From assembly GCA_053919585.1 (NCBI GenBank), contig CM132827.1: a DNA stretch of 64,000 nt. One strand, given 5' to 3'. Of this stretch, positions 25,383 through 37,000 are shown one piece after another; positions within the stretch are counted from its first letter, which is position 1; each line of letters starts with the position of its first letter. A model generated the notes under the pieces. That model did not search any database. It was not told the origin of the DNA and saw only the letters and a program-made list of their open reading frames with translations. A program made the translations under genes and the position numbers. Origin of the DNA: Euprymna scolopes (taxonomy: Eukaryota).

Positions 25383-26015
25383 TGTTACCATACATTTTCA
25401 TAAAAAAGGGGTGGAGGAATGTAAAAGAGCATCTCTCCCCCCCCTCTCTGGCTTTCTTACTCTTTCTATTTTCTCTCTCTGTGTCTCTATTAGAGAATAG
25501 AGAAAGAGAGAGGGAGGGAAAGAGAGAGAGGTGAATAACGTGGACAGTGGACACGTTTGCAGAAGAAGGGTCAGCTGACCAGATGACGTGGTGTCATGTG
25601 ATGAGGTTAGCTGATTCTTTCTTGGCAGTTTGGTTTCGAGTGTTCAAGACAGACAGACGGCTTTTCAGCTGCCCCCCCCCTGGGCTGGGGAGGACGCTGA
25701 CGTGTACCAAGCAAGCAAGCAAGGTTCACCTCTATTCTGTGTCGACCTCTGGAAGGTGAATAAAAACATAAAACCTTAATCTTGGAGTGAATTCTTCATC
25801 CAACAGGCCAACTCCCCTCCAAGAGACGATGAACACCAGAGGAACAACCGACGACACATGAATAAAGGTATGTTAAAAAATGCATGTACACAAACACACA
25901 CCCACGAAGACATGAACAATAAGATTAGAAACTAGACGATCACGTACACGAATCTCCTTCTTGACACTATTCCCTTTATGATATAATCTCCTTTATGACA
26001 CCCCACGATATAACA
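25383..26015. mobile_element. Solo LTR (633 bp)
   Basis: TGTTA...TAACA termini, ATAT on both sides (4-bp TSD), internal AATAAA motifs, higher GC than flanks. Confidence 0.7.
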
Positions 26016-26571
26016 ATATTATTATTAAATTAAGCATTGTTTATTTAATATATTCACAAAAAATATAATTGCAAAACAAAATATTTCTACTTTTTTTTAG
26101 TTTACATGTTATTTACATTCGTAAGATTGTAATATTTTCCTTGCTTGAATGAATGTTTAACTTTGTGCGTAACATAAATTTATTTTATCTTGAAAAATAA
26201 TTAAAAAGCAGAAACACAGAAAAATTATTAAAGTAAAAACTGGTAAAGATTATATAAACGTTCACGATAGGAATGTACGGATGCACAGCCAGAAAAAAAA
26301 AAAAAAAAAGAAAACCAGCACTCCATACCTGCATCTAATTACCTGACAAAGAAATGTATTTTTCATAATTTCATAATGTAGATATGTTGTTTACTCTGCT
26401 TATTCAAATGTATTGATTGCATACAATTTATTTTATCAACACTCCTTTGTATATGGGGGATTGATTATTTAATTTATATGGTGAATATTGTTCTAGGAAT
26501 AAAATTTGTCAATGATTGTGACTAGAACATGTAGTAGCCATACACTTTCCTTATTAGCCCTGTGTTTTATT

Positions 26572-26780
26572 TGTTAATAAGTATATATTTAATTATAATG
26601 TATTGTATATGCTAATAAATATATATTTAACTATAATATATTGTATATGCTAATAAATATGTATTTAACTATAATATATTTTATACGGTAATAAATATAT
26701 ATTTAACTATATTTTATATGCTAATAAAAATATATTTAACTATAATATATTTTATATGCTAATAAATATATATTTAACAT
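26572..26780. repeat. 38-bp AT-rich minisatellite (about 5 copies)
   Basis: Unit GCTAATAAATATATATTTAACTATAATATATTGTATAT. Confidence 0.9.
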
Positions 26781-28786
26781 ATGCTAAATTTACATGCTAG
26801 TATATAAAATACTGATATGATTGTTTAACTAAATACAACATAGGTTTCTTATGCGGAGACTAACCCAGAGATTAAGAAAATATGTTATCCGTACTTGAAA
26901 TTCAAACTGGACCATGGTAAAAGTGTTAAGGATCACGATAATGTCCATCTTTAAGCAAGTAATGGAGTCTCTATGTGAAAATCTATATTAAGGCAGACAA
27001 GTCTATTAAACTCATTTTCAAAATAAGTTCATAAATAAATTCAGAAACCTCTAAATTGACTGGATATACTCAAGAAAACTACACATATTTCCAACTTTTC
27101 ATAATTGTAGTTTCTAAAATTATGCCGACGAAAAAAAATGCAAGAATTAACTTTTGTTTAAAGTGTTCATTACACCATCTGTAACAGAATGTTTATTACA
27201 GATTATGAGAAAGCTGACACTTAATACAGCAGATGCCATCAACTATGCCATTCATGTCATGGTTACATTTTTATATTGTATATTGTGAGTATTGGCCTAT
27301 ACAGCAACTGCGATAAAATTATTGTTGCATAAAGGCATTTATCACACTTATATCACTGCAGTAGATACAATTCAGGAAATTAACTAGTATGTCTAGAATG
27401 CGTTTAACAATATAAAATTTATCCATTGTTAAGTCAAGAGTGCACCAACCAAAGAAGCATCAGTAAGTTGTTTTAAAAACCCTTCAAATATGAAAAATGA
27501 GAAATCAGCTGTTATGTTTTGTAATACAGAAAACTCATATAGACATTTTTATTATATTTTATTTAAAGGATAATTACATGGGCTGAAAAAAACATTCTTA
27601 CAAAAGTCGGATTAAGACGAGTTAAAAATATCTGTCGAACAAAAAAAAAAACAGTAGAGTGGCGTATTCCATGACAAAATATATCCTAAGACACCATATA
27701 TTAAAAATGTACAACCTCATCCATTCGAACAATATTAAGACCAAGGAAGGCTTTATATTGACATGTCGAATTTAGTTTCCTATTGACTTGTGGTGCGGAA
27801 AAACACCACCAAATCTGCTACATCTGATAAAAGATTCATGAGGTTTAATTCAGCAAGGCAAATTGCATGTAAATTACCATAAAACGGTGTCATTTCAGCA
27901 AAACTATTGAATTGAAGTCAACTCATTGAAATGAGGTCAACTCAATGATATACATGTGATATGTTTAGGTCATAACCAAAGCATTTTTAAAATTATTCTT
28001 CAATTATTAGAACAATCTATATTAATCATTTACACAGACGCAAACCTAAGAAAGCTGTATCATGATACATATCCAGTATTCGAGCACGCAATGATTAACA
28101 TTGATAACAATGCTTACATTATGATCAACAGTCAATCATGATTAACAATGATATTTTAATAAAAATACATGTATGAGGTTTTATCAGATGTTTCTGCATT
28201 ACAGAAGAAAACGATGTATCGTTCACAGTACACTAAAGTTTTGATAAATAGGTTGGAGATTTCCTTCTAAATTTCGTCCATTGAATTTGTATTCTACATG
28301 TGTGACAATATAATACAATTACAATCCTGATGTGGTTTTATCAAGTATTGATGCATGTTTTTTTGGTTTTATCAAGTATTGATGCATGTTTTTTTTAAAA
28401 TAAAATCTTTTTGCAAATGATGATTCACTAATCATGTTTTACTTTTTTTTTGCAACCGGATACAAAAAACATTCACTTGTCATTTCAGAGACTCAACTTT
28501 AAAATTTTTTGTAGGATTTTAATCCCATAATCAGTGCGTATCTGAATGGGTAGTTTTCTTGTGACTTTACTGAACATCATAAGTTTGTCCCTTTTTTTAG
28601 TTTTGCTCAGTAGGTTTTATGAAACCATGAGGACCATTTAAGATTTTATGTCTTCGTGATATTTACATCCGACTGTTCATGTAAGCATTGATTTCCCATG
28701 TAATAAAACTCAGATCAGCTTGTTTGTGCATTTAAATCGTCTATCAGCTTTGTGACTTCTGATTAAAAAAAAAATTCATCTGCTTA

Positions 28787-29150
28787 CCAAGATATGACTG
28801 TATTTACATAAAAATTTTTTGGGTATCTTCCTATCGGAAAGAAATATATATGTTCGTGTGTGTGTGAGTGTACTTTGCTAAAACTGGCTTTTTTATCTAC
28901 ATATGTGCGTTTATGTTTATTTTTAATGTATTCACTTAGTTAGAGAATTTTAAATCGGATTTTCCTCTTTTCAGCCGAATAAAGTTTTGCTTGATCCTTG
29001 TATGAAACAAATAGGCATATCCTTCGATTATGAGCTTTTTGCCTGTCAAACATTTAATAAAGAAATCATGTCTTATGTCCGATATTAAGTCACTGCTTCT
29101 ATTCAAAGCATACACAAAGGTCAAAAATATTTCATGTAAGCATTGTTTTC

Positions 29151-29191
<41 letters not shown>

Positions 29192-29705
29192 CTTTATGTA
29201 AACAGTTATATTTTGCTATGATGAGCAGCCCATTTCGATCATATTAGATATCATATCAGGCAAGAAAAATTAAGGTGCAAAAACTGAAAAGTTCCAGACC
29301 TTTACAAATTTTTCAATTGCCTGATATCTAACATGATTGAAACAGTCTGCACATTGTAGCAAGATATGACTGTATTTATATAAAAAATAAAAATATATAA
29401 TTTGCTCTCTTCGATTGAGCACTATCAACGACCCTTGTTGAAATTTAATTATTTTCAATTTTTGGGTATCTTCCTATCGGAAAGAAATATATATGTTCGT
29501 GTGTGTGTGTGTGAGTGTACTTTGCTAAAAACTGGCTTTTTTATCTACATCTGTGCGTTTATGTTTATTTTTAATGTATTCACTTGGGGAATTTTCAATC
29601 AGATTTTCCTCTTTTCAGCCGAATAAAGTTTTGCTTGATCCTTGTATGAAACAAATAGGCATATCCTTCGATTATGAGCTTTTTTGGCTGTCAAACATTT
29701 AAGAA
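28787..29705 (+). repeat. Local direct duplication (about 28787-29060 and 29360-29705)
   Basis: Shared CAAGATATGACTGTATTTA...GGGTATCTTCCTATCGGAAAG...CTGTCAAACATTTA. Confidence 0.85.
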
Positions 29706-29864
29706 AGAAATGAAAGCAAAAATTTTCCTCTCCAAAATTGATCAGGTAAATGTGACAGTATATATTTCTTGTCGTCTCATAGTCATACCAAATTTTAGAA
29801 TAAAAATCTATCTTGAAGAAGCCATTCCTTATATAAAACAGTTCTATTTAAGTTACTTTAAATA

Positions 29865-29934
29865 TTTCAAGGTTTGTATACAACAGAAATATTCTTATGT
29901 CTAAAAATATTTCTGTTGTATACAAACCTTGAAA
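29865..29934. repeat. 29-bp perfect inverted repeat with 12-nt loop, downstream of the ZNF stop
   Basis: TTTCAAGGTTTGTATACAACAGAAATATT ... AATATTTCTGTTGTATACAAACCTTGAAA. Confidence 0.95.
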
Positions 29935-30010
29935 GTTACAAAGAATACTTCAAAAGAATATTTCAAAATTTGAATATATCCTGATGTCTAAGAGCACTTA
30001 CAATGTAGCC

Positions 30011-31111
30011 TTAAACACTCCCTTGTTTTTTTCTAGTGTGAGTCAACATGTGTTTCTTAACATCGGACTTGGCTGAAAATGTTGAGTCGCAAACTTCACA
30101 ACCAAAAGGTTTTTCTCCAGTATGAGTACGTATATGTTTCGTTAACGTTGATCTCTCTGCAAAGGATGAGCCACATACTTGACAAGAATGAGGCTTTTCA
30201 CCCGTGTGCATTCGCAGATGTCTTTTCAAATTGGATTTGCCTGAAAAGCTGGCGGCACACACTCCACAAGAGAAGGGTTTTTCACCAGTGTGTATTCGAA
30301 CATGCTCTTGTAAATGAGATGTTCCTGAAAACGCTGATCCACACACATCGCAAGCATAAGGCTTTTCACCTGTGTGTGTTCGCCTGTGTTTTTTTAACGT
30401 GTATCTTTCTGTAAATGCTGCACCACACAAGTCACAATTATAAGGTTTTTCACCCGTGTGAATTCGCACGTGTTTCGTTAATTTTGATTTTGTTGAAAAT
30501 GCTGAGCCACACACATCACAAACGCAAGGTTTTTCGCCAGTGTGTGTATATCTGTGTATTTTTAGTGTTGAGTTTAGTGAAAATGCTGAGCCACACACGT
30601 CACAAACATAAGGTTTCTCCCCTGTGTGGGTTCGCATATGTATTTTTAGTGTTGCCTTTTCTGCAAATGCTGAACCACACACATCACAAGTGTGTGGTTT
30701 TTCTCCAGTGTGTGTTCGCATGTGTAACTTTAAAGAAGATTTCAATGCAAATGCAGAATCACACACATCACAACCAAAAGGTTTCTCCCCCGTGTGTGTT
30801 CGCATGTGTCTTTTTAGATCAATTTTACCTGTAAATGCCGCACCACAAACTTCACAACAATGTGATCTTTCAATTTTTGGACCTATATGTGTTCGAATGT
30901 GTCTAGTTAGATTGGATTTTTTTGAAAATGTTGAGCCACAAAATCCACAAAAAATGGGGGTTTTTTCAGTGTGTATATACTTGTCCTCTGCTAAAAGTGA
31001 ATTTGCTGAATATCTTGAGCCACACGACTTAGAAACATAAGATACTTCTGTAGTGTGTGCAGAGATATGTATTTTTGAATCTGATATTTTTGGAAATACT
31101 GAACTAGACAT
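30011..31111 (-). CDS. Kruppel-type C2H2 zinc-finger protein, 11 tandem fingers (probably the terminal exon)
   Basis: 366-aa open frame with 11 CxxC-x12-H-x3-H units, mostly joined by TGEKP linkers, plus one degenerate finger; frame stays open to a possible acceptor AG near 31143, so 5' exons may exist. Confidence 0.95.
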   Translation of the reverse strand: MSSSVFPKISDSKIHISAHTTEVSYVSKSCGSRYSANSLLAEDKYIHTEKTPIFCGFCGSTFSKKSNLTRHIRTHIGPKIERSHCCEVCGAAFTGKIDLKRHMRTHTGEKPFGCDVCDSAFALKSSLKLHMRTHTGEKPHTCDVCGSAFAEKATLKIHMRTHTGEKPYVCDVCGSAFSLNSTLKIHRYTHTGEKPCVCDVCGSAFSTKSKLTKHVRIHTGEKPYNCDLCGAAFTERYTLKKHRRTHTGEKPYACDVCGSAFSGTSHLQEHVRIHTGEKPFSCGVCAASFSGKSNLKRHLRMHTGEKPHSCQVCGSSFAERSTLTKHIRTHTGEKPFGCEVCDSTFSAKSDVKKHMLTHTRKKQGSV

Positions 31112-31759
31112 TTCAAAATTATTCAGGTCTTGTTTTCTAATGCTATTAAATTAAATTAAATTAAATTTAAAGTAAATTTATATCCATTAAAATGTAAAAA
31201 CAATTCAATTTTTTACCAGTATATTAATATGTACATTTTTGTAATTATGAGTCAAATAAAATGTTTTTCTCAAGTATATGTTTGCATAAATAAAGATTTT
31301 TATGAAAATGCTTTGCTACACACTTCATAAGAAAAAGCATTCAGTAAAGTGTGTTTGCATACTGTTTCTTGAATTTCATTTCTGTGTCCGGATTTTGAAA
31401 TAAAAATAATGAATCACTTCCACTGTGCTTTGTCGTGATTATGTTTATCATTTGTTCATATTTGTGTTCATTTTATTTCTCATTGTCTTCGAAAGAACAA
31501 ACTTTGTATTCCATATATATATTTACAAAATTTATTTTGATCCACTGTCCCTGTGAATAATAAAATTATTTCAATTAATTATGAATAAAAAATATGTGAT
31601 AATGCATGGAAAACAGATTACATCGTTTTACATTAAATATTTAAAACATCCATTATCATAAAGTCCATTTATGTATATATTAATACAATAGTGTGTGTTC
31701 TTTTATGTGTCACACTTACATCCGGGTCATTTAATTGTTATGTTCTTCTATGTCTTATC

Positions 31760-32110
31760 ATAAATAATTTTACCAAGAATTCTTCATGAGTTTTGGTTTC
31801 GGTTTTGATTATAACTGATGGCACTCCAGTAATCTATTTTTTTTTATAAATAATTTTAGCAAAAATTCTTCATAAGTTTTGGTTTCGGTTTTGATTATAA
31901 CTGATGGCACTCCAGTAATCTATTTTTTTTATAAATAATTTTACCAAGAATTCTTCATACGTTTTGGTTTCGGTTTTGATTATAACTGATGGCACTACAG
32001 TAATCTATTTTTTTATAAATAATTTTATCAAGACTTCTTCATAAGTTTTGGTTTCAGTTTCGATTATGGCTGAAGGAACTCAAGTTATTTTTTATTTCAG
32101 TTTCGATTCA
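31760..32110. repeat. ~85-bp tandem repeat (about 4 copies) upstream of the ZNF ORF
   Basis: Unit starts at 31760, 31846, 31931 and 32015. Confidence 0.9.
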
Positions 32111-33509
32111 AGCTGATGCACCCAGGTCGTATGGATATATTTTTTATTTTTGAAATCACAACTTAATAATATATAAAAATCGATAAAACATTAACTCTAT
32201 AATAATATATACAAAATCTGCAAGAATTAAAATATTATATTTAAGCGTATTTTATGACTGGGCTTTACTGGGCGTTCGTGATAGCTTAGATAAATAATTT
32301 GAAGTCTGAACGAAAAAAAAAACACAATAATATCAGAGCGTCTCCATTTACATTGAACATCTACAGAATGACAACATTAATATATTACATATGAATGTAT
32401 GCTCTGTGAAATTTTCACAGGTTCCTCTAGTTAATAATTATTTGATTATTATTATGTAATTTGATTAATTTATCACTTAATCTACATACATTTGTAGATT
32501 TATATGAGACTAAAAGAAAATCTCACATTTTGCTCTTTTATACATAAACTAAACCTAAAGTAAAACCTTTCAAATAAAAACACTTGTGCATATTATTTAC
32601 CTGTTAGAATAAAAGTATAAAGCATACAAAGCATTAAATATGCGACGTTGGGATGCAATATCTTGGAAATTTGCCATCCAATTATCTCATTTTGGAATAC
32701 TAAAAAACGAGTTCAATTTGGTCAAATTTATGATGAACCTTTCCAAAGATAAACTATATTTTAAGCTAATAATTCACAAAGTGACACTTTTGCTAAATCC
32801 ATGGTTGATTGATATAAACATTATAGCAAACTCAAATATTTATCTGATCTGCATTTGCAAACCTTCGACATGATGATGCATTTAATATCTGAATCAGCAT
32901 TGTACAAATAAATACTAATTTTTCTCAATTATTGTTAAAGGTCTCTAACATTCTATATAATCATAATTAATAATCCAAACTTATTCTCTCTTTAATCATT
33001 ATTAATAATCCTAAATGTTTCACATCTTTCTAGATGTGAAAGTCCAATCCTGCCCAAGACACATGCATGGTTTTACTTTTCTATAATAGAGGTATAATTA
33101 TTCAATCAATCTACCAAGATATGAACTTCATTTTCGCATTCCTTCCTTCCTCAATATTATTATTTATACTAGAATTATATTCTCTTAAGAAACTGCCTAT
33201 CATTAAGGGTATCACCTAAGTTATATTATGATCCTTTTTAATGAGAAATTGCAAAATGTACCATTCTGCATTAATTCCAAAATGTTTGGTTAAAGAATGT
33301 ACAAAGTTATAATTATATAGAGATGTAGCAGCGGTACAGTATCAAACTTAATTTTACCTTTCAGCTTTTTTACAATATTTTCCTCAAAAACATGGACTGT
33401 TAGTGTTATTTTTCAGATTATCTGATATAGCAAAATTAATGTTTCAACCAAATCTACACTTCTGCTGACTACTATGATATTGTCCCATTGACTACTGTAC
33501 ACGTTTAAC

Positions 33510-33565
33510 CCTTATCTTTCAGTGGCTTCTGGGCCTTGATAAGTGGTGACTCGTTTGTAAAAAAG
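33510..33565 (+). mobile_element. Short 3'-tail fragment of the same LINE family as 53557-54880
   Basis: CCTTATCTTTCAGTGGCTTCTGGGCCTTGATAAGTGGTGA matches the reverse complement of about 53581-53620. Confidence 0.75.
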
Positions 33566-34063
33566 ACACGTACCTAATGAATTGATATGCTTACTAAGGC
33601 TCTGCTTCAAAAAAATGAATAAAGGTGAACCTAGACGTTAAATAGTGCTATAAATGTAGTTGTACTAGATTCAGTGCCAAACATAAAAGTAGTTGATACC
33701 CAGGTGTGTAGCACTTAATGTATTTAGCTAGAAGAGTTTTCCCAGCAATCGTAACAACAACAGTCATGTGTGGATGTCATTAATAAGCAATTGTTATTCC
33801 TCAATGGGATCATCCGCTTTTAGCAGGTGCTGTTAACAGATAATAAGACTACCACAAGTAGAAAAAATTTTTAGGATGTTCACAGAGGAAAGAACATGAG
33901 CCTCAGATTTCTCTGTGAGTTTGAATTGAATGGTAATGGTTTAGCAGAGAAATGCCCATATACTGTCAAACAGATTTTGATTAGGATGTGGGGTTTTATT
34001 CAAAAAGTTGTATACTGGCACAATATGACTCCAGAAGAAAATAAATAACATTTGGATCCACAG

Positions 34064-37000
34064 TAGGCAAAGCAATTTACCATTATCATATGTGGGTAAA
34101 GCAATTTACCATTATCATATGTGGGTAAAGCAATTTACCATTATCATATAGGGGTAAAGCAACCTACCATTATCATATGTGGGTAAAACAACCTACCGTT
34201 ATCATATGTGGGTAAAGCAATTTACCATTAAAATATGTGGGTAAAGCAATTTACCATTATCATATGTGTGTAAAGCAATTTACCATTATCATATGTGTGT
34301 AAAGCAATTTATCATTATCATATGTGGGTAAAGCAATTTACCATTATCATATGTGGGTAAAGCAATTTATAATTATTATATGTGGGTAAAGCAAACTACA
34401 ATTATCATATGTGGGTAAAGCAATTTACCATTATCATATGTGGGTAAAGCAATTTACCATTATCATATGTGGGTAAAGCAATTTACCATTATAATATGTG
34501 GGTAAAGCAACCTACCATTATCATATGTGGGTAAAACAACCTACCGTTATCATATGTGGGTAAAGCAATTTACCATTAAAATATGTGGGTAAAGCAATTT
34601 ACCATTATCATATGTGTGTAAAGCAATTTACCATTATCATATGTGTGTAAAGCAATTTACCATTATCATATGTGGGTAAAGCAATTTACCATTATCATAT
34701 GTGGGTAAAGCAATTTACCATTATCATATGTGGGTAAAGCAATTTACCATTATCATATGTGGGTAAAGCAATTTAGCATTATAATATGTGGAAAAAGCAA
34801 TTTACCATTATCATATGTATGTAAAGCAACCTACAATTATCATATGCGTGTAAAGCAACCTACCATTATCATATGTGGGTAAAACAATTTACCATTATCA
34901 TATGTATGTAAAGCAACCTACAATTATCATATGTGTGTAAAGCAACCTACCATTATCATATGTGGGTAAAACAATTTACCATTATCATATGTATGTAAAG
35001 CAACCTACCATTATCATATGTGTGTAAAGCAACCTACCATTATCATATGTGGGTAAAGCAATTTACCATTATCATATGTGGGTAAAGCAATTTACCATTA
35101 TCATATGTGGGTAAAGCAATTTACCATTATCATATGTGGGTAAAGCAATTTACCATTATCATATGTGGGTAAAGCAATTTACCATTATCATATGTGGGTA
35201 AAGCAATTTAGCATTATAATATGTGGAAAAAGCAATTTACCATTATCATATGTATGTAAAGCAACCTACAATTATCATATGCGTGTAAAGCAACTTACCA
35301 TTATCATATGTGGGTAAAACAATTTACCATTATCATATGTATGTAAAGCAACCTACCATTATCATATGTGTGTAAAGAAACCTACCATTATCATATGTGG
35401 GTAAAACAATTTACCATTATCATGTGGGTAAAGAAATTTACCATTATCATATGTGGGTAAAGCAATTTACCATTATCATATGTGTGTAAAGCAATTTACC
35501 ATTATCATATGTATGTGGGTAAAGCAACCTACCATTATAACATGTGGTTAAAGCTATTTTCCATTATCATATGTGGGTAAAGCAAATTATCATTATCATA
35601 TTGTGTGAAAAGCAATTTACCATTATCATATGTGTGTAAAGCAATTTACCATTCTCATATGTGTGTAAAGCAATATACCCTTATCATATGTGGGTAAGGC
35701 AACCTACCATTATCACATGTGGGTAAAGCTATTTACCATTATCATATGTGGGTACAGCAAATTATCATTATATGTGTGTAAAGCTATTTACCATTATCAT
35801 ATGTGGGTGAAGCAAATTATCATTATCATATGTGGGTAAAGCAATTTACCATTATAATATGTGGGTAAAGCAATTTATCATTACCATATGTGGGTAAAGC
35901 AATTTATAATTATTATATGTGGGAAAAGCAATTTATCATTATCATATGCGGGTAAAGCAATTTACCATTATCATATGTTGGTAAAGCAATTTACCATTAT
36001 CATATGTGTGTAAAGCAACCTTCCATTATCATATTTGCGTAAAGCAAACTACCATCATCATATGTGGGTAAAGCAATTTACCATTATCATATGTGGGTAA
36101 AGCAATTTATCATTATCATATCTGGGTAAAGCATTTTACCAATATCATATGTGTGTAAAGCAATTTACTATTATCATATGTGTGTAAAGCAATTTACCAT
36201 TATCATATGTGGGTAAAGCAACCTACCATAATCATATGTGGTTAAAGCTATTTACCATTATCATATGTGGGTAAAGCAAATTATCATTATCATATGTGGG
36301 TAAAGCAATTTACCATTATCCTATGTGGGTAAAGCAATTTACCATTATCATATACGGGTAAAAGAAATTTACCATTATAATATGTGAGTAAAGCAATTTA
36401 TCATTATCATATGTGGGTAAAGAAACCTACCATTATCATATGTGGGTAAAGTAAATTATCATTATCATATGTGGGTAAAGCAATTTACCATTATCATATA
36501 TAGTTAAAGCAATGTATCATTATCATATGTGGGTAAAGCAATTTACCATTACCATATGTGTGTAAAGAAATTGATCATTATCATACATGGGTAAAGCAAC
36601 CTATCCTTATCATATGTGGGTAAAGCAATTTACCCTTATAATATGTTGGTAAAGAAACCTACCATTCTCACATGTGGTTAAAGCTATTTACCCTTATCAT
36701 ATGTGTGTAAAGCAATTGACCATTATCATATGTGGGTAAAGCAATTTTTCATTATCATAGGTGTGTAAAGCAATTTACCATTATCATATGTGGGTAAATC
36801 AATTCATCATTATCATATGTGGGTAACGCAATTTACCATTATCATATGTGGGTAAAGCAACCTACCATTATCATATGTGGGTAAAGCAACCTACCATTAT
36901 CATATGTGTGTAAAGCAACCTACCATTATCATATGAGGTAAAGCAATTAACTATTATCATATATGGGTAAAGTAATTTATTATTATCCTATATGGGTAAA

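Noticed and set aside
30079-31040. Three plus-strand ORFs overlapping the ZNF
   Set aside because: Antisense shadows of the periodic zinc-finger codons.
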